Assembly: GCF_046119375.1 (NCBI RefSeq)
Contig: NW_027362769.1
Location: forward strand, 126,976,001-127,040,000
Source: Phyllobates terribilis
Taxonomy: Eukaryota
Length of the DNA: 64,000 nucleotides
Direction of reading: 5' to 3'
The notes under the pieces were generated by a model. The model had not been told where the DNA came from. It ran no database searches and saw only the letters and a program-made list of their open reading frames with translations. This document shows positions 23,126 through 35,820 of the stretch, piece after piece. The first letter of the stretch is position 1. Each line of letters begins with the position of its first letter. The translations under genes and the position numbers were made by a program.

Positions 23126-24106
23126 ATGTCGGATACGGAGGAGAGCTTCACCGCTCCAACCCCCGCCAGCGCCACCGCTGTTGCGGTCATGCCTTTCACC
23201 ATGCCCTATATCCCGGGGGCAGCCTGGCTACCCCAGTACTCAGGGGAGTCACATACCCTGCATGACTTTAGAGAAAAGCTGGATAGCCTCTTCCAGGTGT
23301 ACCCCCTCACAGAAGAGCAAAAAGTGAGCATTCTGGTGGCCCAATTAACCGGGGCAGCCCAAAGGGAGGTAAAGTCCTGGCCACCTGGGGGGAGGACTGT
23401 CGCAGGGATACTAACCCGGCTGAGGGACACCTTTGATACCCACACCTCAGCCGAGATCAAGCTTAGATTCTACGGGTGCAAGCAGCGAGCACAAGAGAGT
23501 ATAAGGGACTATGCTCTGAACCTACAAGAGGCCCTGAGAGCCATTAAGCAGACCGACCCTGATGGTGTGGGAGACGAGGACAGGCTGTTGACTGAACAAT
23601 TTATAGAGGGTTTATATTGCAATGCCCACCGAACTCAGTTGCGGGCAATGGCCTTACAGGACCCTCATCTGGGATTTGCACAGTTCAAGGACAGAGCCAT
23701 CCGGGTGCTCCGAGAACCAGCACCAGGTGGCGTTGTGACCCACAGACGCCCCACTACCACTTATCACCAGGAGGCGGCGCCCTTGTCGGCAGGGCCTGTG
23801 GGAACTGATGCGCAGGCTTTGAGCAATGACCCGGCTCCAGACCTGCACCATCAGGTCCAAGAGCTAGCTAAAAGCGTTGCTGCGCTAACCAGAACTGTGC
23901 AGTCTTTACAGGTTTCCACTTCGGGGAAGATCCAGCTGGCATCCGGACCGGAGGACATCCCGTGGCGTCGACCAAGGAGGACCCCACCGGCCAGAGGAAG
24001 ACCCAGCGACCGATACAACGAGGACGGACAACCCATCTGCCGCCGCTGCAATCAACCCGGACATATGGCAAGGTACTGTCCTTTAAACTGGCCCAACCTA
24101 GGGTAG
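23126..24106 (+). CDS. gag: Gypsy Gag (capsid-like region + CCHC zinc knuckle), 326 aa
   Basis: ATG start; retrotransposon-gag-like QESIRDYALNLQ...LLTEQFIEGL; CRRCNQPGHMARYC knuckle. Confidence 0.92.
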   Translation: MSDTEESFTAPTPASATAVAVMPFTMPYIPGAAWLPQYSGESHTLHDFREKLDSLFQVYPLTEEQKVSILVAQLTGAAQREVKSWPPGGRTVAGILTRLRDTFDTHTSAEIKLRFYGCKQRAQESIRDYALNLQEALRAIKQTDPDGVGDEDRLLTEQFIEGLYCNAHRTQLRAMALQDPHLGFAQFKDRAIRVLREPAPGGVVTHRRPTTTYHQEAAPLSAGPVGTDAQALSNDPAPDLHHQVQELAKSVAALTRTVQSLQVSTSGKIQLASGPEDIPWRRPRRTPPARGRPSDRYNEDGQPICRRCNQPGHMARYCPLNWPNLG

Positions 24107-24122
24107 AGGGCCAACCCCTAGG
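24082..24122 (+). promoter_or_regulatory. -1 ribosomal frameshift signal between gag and pol
   Basis: T TTA AAC heptamer in the gag frame at 24082-88; 8-nt spacer; stem CCTAGGG (24097-103) / CCCTAGG (24116-122); pol is in the -1 frame. Confidence 0.8.
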
Positions 24123-27100
24123 AAAAAGATCATCAGGCCCATCGAACTGGCGTGACAAATACGTGGGAGGACGTCCAGTCTTGCCTGTGGTACTGGATGG
24201 CATTCCTATGAGTGCCCTACTGGACACCGGGTCACAGGTCACCACCATCCCGTACGTGCTCTTCAAGCAGTACTGGAATGACTCGGATATAACCCGCTAC
24301 CCTGTCGACGACTTGAGTATCATCGCCAGCAATGGTCAGCTCGTGCCACAGATCGGATTTAAAGAGGTGACCATTAAAATCGGTAGAGTCGAACTGGCAG
24401 CACAGGGACTGATCATTGTAGACATTGACAAACACGAGAGTCACCCAAAGATAACTCTAGGAACTAATGTGATTGAAAATTGTCTTGCAGAAGTGATTTT
24501 CATTTTACAGCAGGTTGCCAAGAACGCCAGCTCCGGCGAGCAGCGAGTGCTCCAGAAAGAGATCCGGGCACTGATGCGACAGCAACAGGTGGAACTCTCC
24601 GGTGGTGAGATTGGTAGCGTGAGAATGTGTGACCCTTTCCCTATTGCCATGCCCCCAAAAAGTGAAATGATGATTTGGTGCCGGGCAGCTATTGGTCTGA
24701 GAGGTAGAGATTACCAGGCAATGGTAGAACCAGTTTACTCAGACAGTAGGCCCACCATTTTGACAGCACGGGGGGTGGTCAATGTACGCCATGGGAGGGT
24801 GCCCGTTCGCGTAGTGAATATCGGGAAGAGGGAAGTGTACCTGCCCAGGTATGCCACGCTGGCCAAATTGTATACCATCAATCGAAATTCCATACAGTCC
24901 ATAGAACCCTTGCCTCCATCTTCTCCGGAGGAAGGTAACGGCTCTGAGAAAACAATGGAGGACTGGTGTCAGCAACTACATTTGGGTACTGACTCCACTC
25001 CCTCACACCAGAAACAGGGAGTCTATCGGGTGGTTCAAGAGTATGAGAGAGTGTTTAGTAAACACCCGTTAGACTTCGGGCGAGTCAAGGGGGTAGAACA
25101 CCACATCCCCACGGGAGATCATCCTCCCATAAAGGAGAGATACCGACCCGTACCCCCTGCACATTACCAACACGCCAAGGGGATGCTCAGAGACATGAAG
25201 GAGGCTGGGGTAATCAGGGATAGCTGTAGCCCCTGGGCAGCTCCACTAGTCTTGGTTAAAAAAAAAGACAACACCATGAGAATGTGTGTAGATTACCGGA
25301 AAATCAACCATATCACACACAAAGATGCGTACCCTTTACCAAGGATAGAGGAGTCTTTGGCTGCTTTAAGATCTGCTAATTTCTTCTCCACTTTGGATCT
25401 TACTAGCGGGTACTGGCAGGTTCCTGTAGCAGAGGCGGACCGGGAGAAGACCGCATTCACCACCCCGATGGGACTTAGCGAGTTTACCTGCATGCCGTTC
25501 GGACTCTGCAACGCACCAGGAACCTTCCAACGGTTGATGGAATGCTGTCTGGGACACCGAAACTTCGAGACGTTCCTGCTATACCTGGACGATGTCATCG
25601 TCTATTCCAAAACCTACGAGGATCACCTGAAACACCTGGCGGAAGTGTTCGAAGCTCTGGCAAACTACGGCCTAAAGGTGAAACCCTCCAAGTGTCACCT
25701 CCTGAAACCAAAGGTGCAGTACCTGGGACACGTGGTGAGCGCTGACGGAGTGGCTCCCGACCCTGATAAGATCACCGCAATTAAGGAATGCCAAGTCCCT
25801 CCAGTGTAAAGGAAGTGCGGCAGTTCCTAGGGTTGGTAGGCTACTACCGCAGATTCATTCCCGGTTTCACCAAAAAGGCAGCTCCTATGCAGGACCTCCT
25901 GATAGGCCAGTCCCGGAAGGCCAAGAACCAGAAGCCGCCCTTCAGATGGGAGAAGTTAGAAGAAGAGTCCTTTCGCCAGCTGAAGATGGCCCTCACGGGG
26001 GATGAAATCCTGGCATACCCTGATTACAGCCAGCCCTTTATCCTCTACACCGACGCCAGTAACATTGGGCTAGGAGCCGTACTGTCCCAGACCCAGCAGG
26101 GGAAAGAATGGGTAATTGCTTACGCCAGCCGAAAACTGAGACCCACCGAAAGAAACCCTGAGAATTACAGCTCATTCAAGCTGGAGTTCCTGGCAGTGGT
26201 GTGGGCAGTCACCGAACGCTTTAAGCACTACCTCGCCTCTTCCCGGTTCACCGTGTACACGGATAACAACCCGTTGACGCATCTGGACACGGCAAGGCTC
26301 GGTGCCCTGGAGCAGAGATGGATGGCCCGCCTGTCCAACTATGAGTTCACAATCAAATACCGGGCAGGACGCTCCAATACCAACGCGGACGCCCTGTCTA
26401 GGATGCCAAACCTACCAGACGAGGGTGAGGATTCAGAAGATTTGGAAGAGGTCGAACTCCCTGCGTTCCACCGTCATGGGACTGTCCAGTATTCCCACCG
26501 TGTAAGGGGTAAGCAAGCCGCTACGTTCAACCCCTTACCTCACTACAACTGGGCGGAAACGCAAGACAGTGACCCTGCCGTCCGGCTGGTGAAGGAGATG
26601 CTGACTCAGCCAGAAGCTCGCCTTGACCCGGACGCTCCGGAGGAGACCAAGCAACTGTGGGCTGAGAAGAGTCGACTGTTCATTTACAAGGGGAAGTTGT
26701 GCCGCAGAATGGTTAACTCCCGGACGCATGAACTGGTCTGGCAAGTAGTGGTGCCAAGAAGGGACGCAGCTATGGTGATGGAGGCATACCACGACGGGGC
26801 TGGGCACTTCGGATGGACGAAGCTGGAGTTCCTGCTGCGCGGGCGGTTCCATTGGGTAGGCATGAGAGGAACCATCGAGAGGTGGAGCAGAGACTGTGGC
26901 CCATGCAACCTAAGAAGGAAGGACCGTGCCAGCCAGAAGACCCCCCTTCAGTCCATCGTCACCCGGCAGCCGTTGGAACTGGTGGCCTTGGATCATGTAA
27001 AACTGACCCCAAGCAGAAGTGGCTACGTCTACGCATTAACCATCGTGGACCACTACTCCCGGTTCTTGGTTGTCGTCCCCGTCAAGGACTTAACGGCTCA

Positions 27101-28217
27101 AACAGCAGCTAGAGCCTTCCAGCAGCACTTCTGCCGTCCACACGGCTACCCAGAGCAGGTGCTGACGGACCAGGGACCTGCCTTTGAAGCGGAGGTCTTC
27201 CAAGAGTTCTGTACTCTGTATGGCTGCCGGAAGATCAGGATGACACCCTATCATCCGCAAACTAATGGACTTTGTGAGAAAATGAACCAGGTAGTGATAG
27301 ATCTTCTAAAAACATTGCCCCTGGAAGAACGCAGTCTGTGGCCTGAGAAGCTGCCCGACCTGGTGGACCTATACAACTACATCCCTGTAGGTTCCACCAA
27401 CTGTACCCCGGCTTACCTAATGAGGGCAAGGCCTGGTAAGCTACCTGTTGACCTGGAGATGGGAGTCCTGACACCCGAGGACACTTCACCGGAAGCAGAC
27501 TGGGACACAGAGAGGCAGCAGCAGTACCGGAAAGTACAGGAGAGCGTGGAGCGAAGTCTCTGTCTGGCTAGGGAAAGACAAGAGAAAACTTACAACCAGT
27601 ATGCTCCCGCTGTTCCCCTGGTACCCGGAGAGCAGGTGTTGAAGAGGAAGAGACGGCTCCACAAGTTGGACGACCAGTGGGAGAAGGACCCGTACACCGT
27701 ACTGCCCTCAAGCCACGACAACCCAAAGGTTTGTACCATCAGTAAAGACGGAGGGGAAACCACAGCCATTGTATCCCGGGATCACCTGAAGAAGTGTCCC
27801 GAACAGCTACGGAACCCAGAAGGGGAACAAAAAGACCCTCGACCCGTAGAGGAAAGGGAAGATATGGTTAGTACTGTGCTCGGAGACTTCCCTCGGTCCT
27901 GGACTCAAGTCAATGGTGCAGTTGTGGTACCCGTCCTCACGTTCCTCCAACCAGCATCCCAAGTGCCTACGGAGCAACAGGTAGAGCTGGGAGAGCAGCC
28001 GGTCCAGGAGGCAAGGGACTCCACCCAAGCAGAACAGGAGGATCAACCCTCTGCTTATAGTGAGCCTGCCGTACCCCTAGTGAGCCAAAGAGCCCATAGA
28101 CAGCTGCCCAGTTTACCCTTGACAGCTCCTACACCCTGTAGTTCAGGGCCAGACAGTCAGCTCCGTAGGTCCACTAGGGCCACTAGAGGCCAGTTACCCG
28201 CACGTTGGAGGATTTGA
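24082..28217 (+). pseudogene. pol: Gypsy Pol (protease, RT, RNase H, integrase) with one frameshift near 25788
   Basis: LLDTGSQ (PR); YLDDVIVYS (RT); YTDASNIGLGAVL (RH); HHCC and DDE (INT). ORFs 23962-25809 and 25788-28217 are joined by an apparent 1-bp deletion (GAATGCCA where KEWP would need GAATGGCCA). Confidence 0.9.
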
Positions 28218-30158
28218 AGTGTTTAAATTGTTTTATTTGTGGTCACCTGTCTGTTACTTGTAAATAATTATGTGTTTCTAGTTATTTTTAGGAGTCCTTG
28301 GTGGATTTACCGGGAATCCTTGTACAATTGGTTGGAGCGTAACCTAGGAATGGACTAAAGACTGTTAAGGACTCGGGGCAGGACAGACCCCTACCTGGTT
28401 ACGTCTCCCTGTTTGGTGAAATGGACACCTTGCTTTTCTTCCAAAACTGCACCCGGTTGCGGATACGCCGTAACCATCTTTATGTGTTTTTCTTATTGTA
28501 TTATTATTGTTTATACCTTGTTATGTTTTTCTAAAAATATGTTTAGTCCCGGAGTACTAAATTTCACTAGGGGGGAATGTGGCACCCCAGGGGTCTGGTT
28601 TCCACAGTAACGGCAATGTTATGTCTGAGAGCAGGTGGGAGGTCTCTTGGTCAGGGATCCTATGCATGCCACACCTCCTGCCCAGTCCTGGGAGGGGAAG
28701 AACTTCCCCTATATAAACCTGGGGCTGAGGCAGGGTTAGTGAGAAGAGTAGAGAGAAGAAGAGAAGCAGTAATAGGAAAGGAAGACCAGGAGCTCTGTGG
28801 GAATCGTGCTAAGAAGAGGTCAGGGGCTGGTAGCTGTAGAGCTCGCCCTGATCGAAGCTTTGTCACCGGACCCGGAGTCCGAGGCTGTGGGGACTAACTT
28901 TGCTCCAGCAGCAGAATCCGTCAGGCAGGGGATTTCCGGTCCTCTGGCCAAGAAACCCGAAGGCACGGTCACACGCGTGGGACCAGCACCGCCGTCTTGG
29001 AGCGGAAGCAAATAGAAGGCCCCAAGTCACCGGCCATACGGGTGAGCACCACACGGTACACTCAGGGACGTGGGCTACTTTTACCCGCCTCTAGCAAGGT
29101 AGCCAGAAGAGTACAGTTAGTTTGGAAGGCCTACAGCTCCGCCTGGCCAGGGGAAATCCCATCTGCTCAAGGACTGACCAGGCCCCATTCGCTAGCCAGT
29201 ACTCCGGGAGGGTCTGTCTTTGTCACCAGTAAAGACCCTGAACTACACCGTACCGTCTCAGAGTGGTTCCTGCTACCCCCATCATCCACGTCGGCTGCCC
29301 TGAGGCCATACCCCTCCCGTTGGGGGTTATACCATCTCCGCTGCAGAACTGTGTCACCGGCCTCAGCGGTCTACCCTGCAGCGGCGGCTCCATAGCTGCA
29401 TTCAACGGGTGGCGTAGTCGTCCAATATCTACTGCTACGTACACCGCCACTCAGTCTGACTCCCTGGGCACGGACCGGGTCACCGCCACAAGGACTACCA
29501 CCCCTAATAGATCCGGCTCCGGGTAACCCCTGCGTGCGCAACGCTACATCAGAAAGCAGGCCCAGGGGCGCGTCACATGCACATTTGTGGCCTGCTAGAG
29601 GTCATTTTGCAGGGCTCTGGCAGTGCTCCTCCTGTTCCTCCTTGCACAAAGGAGGAGGTAACGGTCCTGCTGCTGGGTTGTTGTCCTCCTATGGCTCCCT
29701 CCACATCTCCTGGTATCTGCTCCATGCTCTGGACACTGTGCTGACAGACACAGCTACCCTTCTTGCCACAGCTCGCACTGATGTGCCATCCTGGATGAAC
29801 TGCACTACCTGAGCAACTTCTGTGGGTTGTACTGTAGACACCGCCTCATGCTACTGTACGTCTAGGGGTGAGAGCAATGGCAAAATGAAAAAGTGACCAA
29901 AACATCAGCCAAAAAGGATGAGAACAGAGAAATGGTCTGTGGTCACCACCTGCAGAACCACTCCTTTATAGGTGGTATCTTGATATTTGCCTATCATTTC
30001 TACCAGTTGTCTGTTCCATTTGCACAACAGCAGGAGAAATTGATTCACAATCAGTGTTGCTTCATAACTGGACAGGTAGATTTCACAGAAGTGTTATTGA
30101 CTTGGAGTTACATTGTGTTGTTTAAGTGTTCCCTTTATTTTTTTGAGCAGTGTATATA

Positions 30159-31795
30159 CAGTATATATTTGGACAGAGACAACATTTTTCTAATTTTGGT
30201 TCTAGACATTACCACAATGAATTTTAAACGAAACAATTCAGATACAGTTGAAGTTCAGACTTTCAGCTTTCATTTGAGGGTATCCACATTAAAATTGGAT
30301 GAAGGGTTTAGGAGTTTCAGCTTCTTAACATGTGTCACCCTGTTTTTAAAGGGACCAAAATTAATGGGACAATTGACTCCAAGGCTATTTCATGGACAGA
30401 TGTGGGCAATCCCTTCGTTATGTCATTCTCAATTAAACAGATAAAAGGCCTGGAGTTGATTTGAGGTGTGGTGCTTGCATTTGGAAGGTTTTGCTATGAA
30501 GTAAACATGCGGTCAAAGGAGCTCTCCATGCAGGTGAAACAAGCCATCCTTAAGCTGCAAAAACAGAAAAAAAACATCAGAGAAATTTCTACAATATTAG
30601 GAGTGGAAAAATCTTAAGTTTGGTACATCCTGAGAAAGAAAGAAAGCACTGGTGAACTCATCAATGCAAAAAGACCTGGACACCCACGGAAGACATCAGT
30701 GGTGGATGATTGCAGAATAATCTCCATGATGAAGAGAAACCCCTTCACAACAGCCAACCAAGTGAACAACACTCTCCAGGAGGTAGGCGTATCAATATCC
30801 AAATCTACCATAAAGAGAAGACTGCATGAAAGTAAATACAGAGGGTTCACTGCATGGTGCAAGCCACTCATAAGCATCAAGAATAAAAAGGCTAAACTGG
30901 ACTTTGCTAAAAAACATCTAAAAAAGCCAGCACAGTTCTGGAAGAACATTCTTTGGACAGATGAACCCAAGATCAACCTCTACAAGAATGATGGAAAGAG
31001 AAAAGTATGGCAAAGGCGTGGTACAGCTCATGATCCAAAGCATACCACATCATCTGTAAAACACTGCTGAGGCAGTGTGATGGCTTGGGCATGCATGGCT
31101 GCCAGTAGCACTGGGTCACTAGTGTTTATTGATGATGTGGCACAGGACAGAAGCAGCCGAATGAATTCTGATGTATTCAGAGCCATACTGTGTGCTCAGA
31201 TCCAGCCAAATGCAGCCAAACTGATTGGTCGTCGTTTCATACTACAGATGGACAATGACCCAAAATATGAAGCCAAAGCAACCCTGGAATATTCAAGCAA
31301 AGAAGTGGAATATTCTTGAATGGCCAAGTCAGTCACCTGATCTCAACCCAATTGAGCATGCATTTCACTTGTTAAAGACTAAACTTCAGACAGAAAGGCC
31401 CACAAACAAACAGCAACTGAAAACCACCGCAGTGAAGGCCTGGCAGAGCATCAAAAAGGAGGAAACACAGCGTCTGGTGATGTCCATGAGTTCAAGACTT
31501 CAGGCAGTCATTGCCAACAAAGGGTTTTCAACCAAGTACTAGAAATGAACATTTTGTTTACAATTATTTAATCTGTCCAATTACTTTTGGTCCCTTTAAA
31601 AACAGGGTGGCATATGTTAAGGAGCTGAAACTCCTAAACCCTTCATCCAATTTTAATGTGGATACCCTCAAATGAAAGCTGAAAGTCTGAACTTCAACTG
31701 CATCTGAATTCTTTTGTTTAAAATTCATTGTGGTAATGTCTAGAACCAAAATTAGAAAAATGTTGTCTCTGTCCAAATATATATGGACCTAACTG
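30159..31795 (+). mobile_element. Tc1-like transposon with long (~220 bp) inverted repeats and a decayed transposase
   Basis: 30159-30380 is the inverse of 31570-31795; TA flanks; transposase from ATG 30507 to 31542 (LWTDEPKINL, QMDNDPK, WPSQSPDLNPIE) with stops and frameshifts. Confidence 0.92.
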
Positions 31796-32099
31796 TATGT
31801 AGTAGTGGCTAGGCCTGAGGTGGTCAGCGTTTTGGCGCATATCCTACCTCCTCCGAGGATTGCTGGATGTTTTCCTGCTACTATCCCAGTTCTATGACTC
31901 CCGTTAAAACAAAGCTTCAGGTGATAAATGATGGATGAGGTGGTGGCAAAGGAGAAAGAGCAGGAGGAACAGGGACCATTCACATCAATATCAGGCCAGT
32001 CAACCACATATGTCTTGTAGGATATCTTTCTGCAACAAAAGGAGCGGTTCGGCTACACAGTTATAGAGCATTCAGTGAATGCAATGCCTACCAAAAATT

Positions 32100-35000
32100 T
32101 TGAGGCACTCCAATGCCCCTTGGAAATGACATGGAGGTCAGAGGGCCTTAACTAAACCGTTTTTTCCATTTATAGCAACTGGGTCTCCTGTACACTGTTG
32201 GCTTAAGCAGTGAATGGAAGGCTTTCCAAAAATTATGAGGAACTGCAATGCCCCTTGAAACAGACGTAGATTACAGCATACTAAAAACCTTCTACCCATT
32301 ATTGGGGAGTGGGTCTCCCTTAGTTTTCGCCTTTGCATTGAAAAGCAAAAGCTGACTAAAATTAGAAGGAAATGCAATGACCGTTGGAAGAGTCGTGGAG
32401 GTTAGAGGTAATTAAAAACAACATTTCAATGCCACTTGGAAGAGCTGTGGAGTTCAGAGTGGTTTAAGAAGACACTTTTAATGCCCCTTTGAAGAGACGT
32501 GGAGGTCACAGTAGCTTAACAAGACGGTTTTAATGCCCCTTGGAAAAGTGGTGGAGGTCACAGTAGCTTAACAAGACGGTTTTAATGCCCCTTGGAAAAG
32601 TGGTGGAGGTCACAGTAGCTTAACAAGACGGTTTGAATGCCCCTTGGAAAAGTGGTGGAGGTCGCAGTAGCTTAACAAGACGGTTTTAATGCCCCTTACA
32701 AGAGCCATACAGTACAGCATCTTAAAAACATTATTCCCATTATTGGGAAGTGGGTCTCCCATAGACTTTGCTTATGCCTTCCAAGCAAAAGCTGCCAAAA
32801 ATTAGGACGGAGGAACTTACAATGCCCCTTACAAGAGCCATGCAGTACAGCATATTACAAACATTATTCCCATTATTGGGGAGTGGGTCTCCCATAGTCT
32901 TTGCTTATGCCTTCCAAGCAAAAGCTGCCAAAATTTAGGATGGAGGAACTTGCAATGCCCCTTACAAGAGCCATGCAGTACAGCATATTACAAACATTAT
33001 TCCCATTATCGGGGAGTGGGTCTCCCATAGTTTTTGCTTATGCCTTCCAAGCAAAAGCTGCCAAAAACTAGGAGGAAATGCAATGCCCGTTCGAAGAGTC
33101 GTGGAGGTTACAGTTAATTAAAAACAACATTTCAATGCCCCTTGGAAGACCTGTGGAGTTCAGAGTGGTTTAACAAGACGCTTTTAATGCCCCTCGGAAG
33201 AGACGTGGAGGTCGCAGTAGCTTAACAAGACGGTTTTAATGCCCCTTGGAAAAGTGGTGGAGGTCGCAGTAGCTTAACAAGTTGGTTTTAATGCCCCTTG
33301 GAAAAGTGGTGGAGGTCACAGTAGCTTAACAAGACGGTTTTAATGCCCCTCGGAAGAGACGTGGAGGTCGCAGTAGCTTAACAAGACGGTTTTAATGCCC
33401 CTTGGAAAAGTGGTGGAGGTCACAGTACCTTAACAAGTGTTACGCTCGCGCCCGGACTGACTGGCGTGAGCGTGATTAGTGATCCCACTGTACCATGAAC
33501 CGAGGAGTGCCTGGAGAGGTGTAACTAAGTCGCATGGCAGCTAACGACTCCGTGAACCAAGGAGGAACCGAGCAGAGGGACCAGGTGCTACACCAGGTCA
33601 GACCCCGGTCACAGCTGTTGACCCACACCGGGGAATGCAGGAACAGGCAGGTTAGGCTGGCACACAGACAGGTGGGTATTGGCAGGCACGGCTTGTATGC
33701 AGACAGGGGGGTACTGGTAAGCACGGCTGGTGTACAGACTGGTGGGTGCTGACAAGCACGGCTGGAGTGCAGACAGGGAAATACTGGCAAGTTGGAGCGC
33801 TTGCTGGATAGAGTCCAGTACAGACTTGGAGACAGGAACAGAGCCACAGATGCGGTAGACAAGCGGAGTAAAGCGAAACCGCTGGAGCGGTGGACAAGGC
33901 AGAACAGAGAGGAACCGCCGGAGCGGTGAGCAAGGCAGAGCAGAGGGAAACCGCCGGAGTAGTGAGCCAGCAGAGCAGAACTAAACAGCAGGTGCGGAGA
34001 ACAAGGCAGAGCAGAGAGGAACCGCTGGAGCGGTGAGCAAGGCAGAGCAGAGAGGAAAAGCTGGAGCGGTGAGCAAGCAGAGCGGAACTAAACCGTAGGT
34101 GCGGTGAACAAGGCAGAGCAGAGAGGAACCGCCGGAGCGGTGAGCAAGGCAGAGCAGAGAAGAACCGCCGGAGCGGTGAGTGAGGCAGAGCAGAGAGGGA
34201 CCGCAGGTGCGGGGAACAAGGCAGAGCAGAACTAAACCGCAGGTGCGGTGAACAAGGCAGAGCAGAGAGGAACCGCCGGAGCGGTGAGCAAGGCAGAGCA
34301 GAGGGGAACCGCCGGAGCGGTGAGCAAGGCAGAGCAGAACAGGGCTGACGGTGCAGGCAGAGAGGACAGGGCTCTGTTCACATGGAACAGACTGAAGGAT
34401 ACAGAAAGATGGCTAGGACACAGGAGGTAGATACGGAAGAAGGGAAAAGGGACAAGCAGAACCAGATACACACAAGGTACTTACACTGAAGTAGCGAGTG
34501 GACACAAAACTCACAAACAGAAGTACAGAGACAACGAGTAGGAGTTAGTTGCTGGTTCAGACACTGCAGGAAAAGGGAAGGTACGAACATAGAGACAAAC
34601 AGATAACAGGCTAGGATACAGTTCAGATAGGAACTGCTACTGCAAGAGATACAAGAACAGGCCTGGGTATACGGCCCCCAGGGATGGCGGAAAGGACTAG
34701 AAGTCACAGATAACAGGTCTGGGAAGGCATTCCCCAGAGTGGCGGAGACGGACTAGAAGTCACAGAAAACAGGTCTGGGTATACAGCCCCCAGAGATGGT
34801 GGAAACAGGCAAGAAGCAGACTGGACCTGGCAACTTCAGAGTAAAGGAGCACACTGAATGTAAGTGTTGTTCAGGCACCTCCTACTGGGTGGAGGGGGTT
34901 TAAATATCCAGTGACTCATAGCAATAGGCTGGAGACACATTAGGGGTGTGCCCACAGCAGCTATAAGAACCAGGAAGTAACTGGGCCGCCGCCCTAAGCA

Positions 35001-35600
35001 GACAGTCAAGAGGCATGCACACGGCAAGAACTGGAGCACGGCTTGCAGGCTGGACTGATGGGTAAGATTGCGGTCTTGCATGGTGGGAGGTGGTGCACCA
35101 TGCAAGCATGCCACCAGGGATGTTACAACAAGACGGTTTTAGTGCCCCTGGGAAGAGACGTGGAGGTCGCAGTAGCTTAACAAGACGGTTTTAATGCCCC
35201 TTGGAAAAGTGGTGGAGGTCACAGTAGCTTAACAAGACAGTTTTAATGCCCCTCGGAAGAGACGTGGAGGTCGCAGTAGCTTAACAAGACGGTTTTAATG
35301 CCCCTCGGAAGAGACGTGGAGGTCGCAGTAACTTAACAAGACGGTTTTAATGCCCTTTGGAAAAGTGGTGGAGGTCGCAGTTGCTTAGCAAGACAGTTTT
35401 AATGCCCCTTGGAAAAGTGGTGGAGGTCACAGTAGCTTAACAAGATGGTTTTAATGCCCCTCGGAAGAGACGTGGAGGTCGCAGTAGCTTAACAAGACAG
35501 TTTTATTGCCCCTCGGAAGAGACGTAGAGGTTGCAGTAGCTTAACAAGACGCATCTTAAAAATATTATTCCCATTATTGGGGAGTGGGTCTCCCACTGTC
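32100..35600. repeat. hAT subterminal tandem arrays: 52-bp and ~120-bp units
   Basis: AATGCCCCTTGGAAAAGTGGTGGAGGTCACAGTAGCTTAACAAGACGGTTTT with period 52 (e.g. 32532 and 32584), interleaved with a longer CCCATTATTGGGGAGTGGGTCTCCC unit. Confidence 0.9.
33438..35127. mobile_element. Solo LTR (1690 bp) with internal ~39-bp tandem repeats
   Basis: TGTTAC...GTTACA termini; 5-bp TSD ACAAG (33433-37, 35128-32); GCAGAGCAGAGAGGAACCGCCGGAGCGGTGAGCAAG array at about 33850-34340. Confidence 0.85.
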
Positions 35601-35820
35601 TTTGCTTATGCCTTCCAAGCAAAAGCTGACAAAAATAAGGACGGAGGAACTTTTAATAATGGCAACACGGACCACGGTCACCCTGGTGGTATAGTGGTTG
35701 TGGAGGCTGAGGATAAGGAGAAGAACATAAAACAGCCAAAATGAGGAAGCGTATACCCATGTGTGGGTGTGAAGCGGTGCATGTGAATACACCTCCCGAA
35801 ATAACACAGTGGATTTGACT

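Larger units (their letters stand above)
21693..29575 (+). mobile_element. Full-length Ty3/Gypsy LTR retrotransposon (family A), 7883 bp
   Basis: 998-bp LTRs 21693-22690 and 28578-29575 (TG...CA, about 8 mismatches by eye); CATG TSD (21689-92, 29576-79); tRNA-Ser-type PBS; PPT at 28569-28577; gag and PR-RT-RH-INT pol. Confidence 0.96.
20700..30152 (-). mobile_element. Tc1-like DD34E transposon (about 1.57 kb net), split by the family A Gypsy insertion
   Basis: TIRs CACTGCTCAAAAAAATAAAGGGAACACT / AGTGTTCCCTTTATTTTTTTGAGCAGTG with TA on both flanks; ORF 20952-21536 has FTDESRF, MQDNARPH, SPDLSPIE; the sequence is continuous across the CATG duplication. Confidence 0.92.

Noticed and set aside
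32100-35600. Regular repeats as a CRISPR-like array
   Set aside because: Contiguous tandem units with no unique spacers, in a eukaryotic hAT subterminal context.
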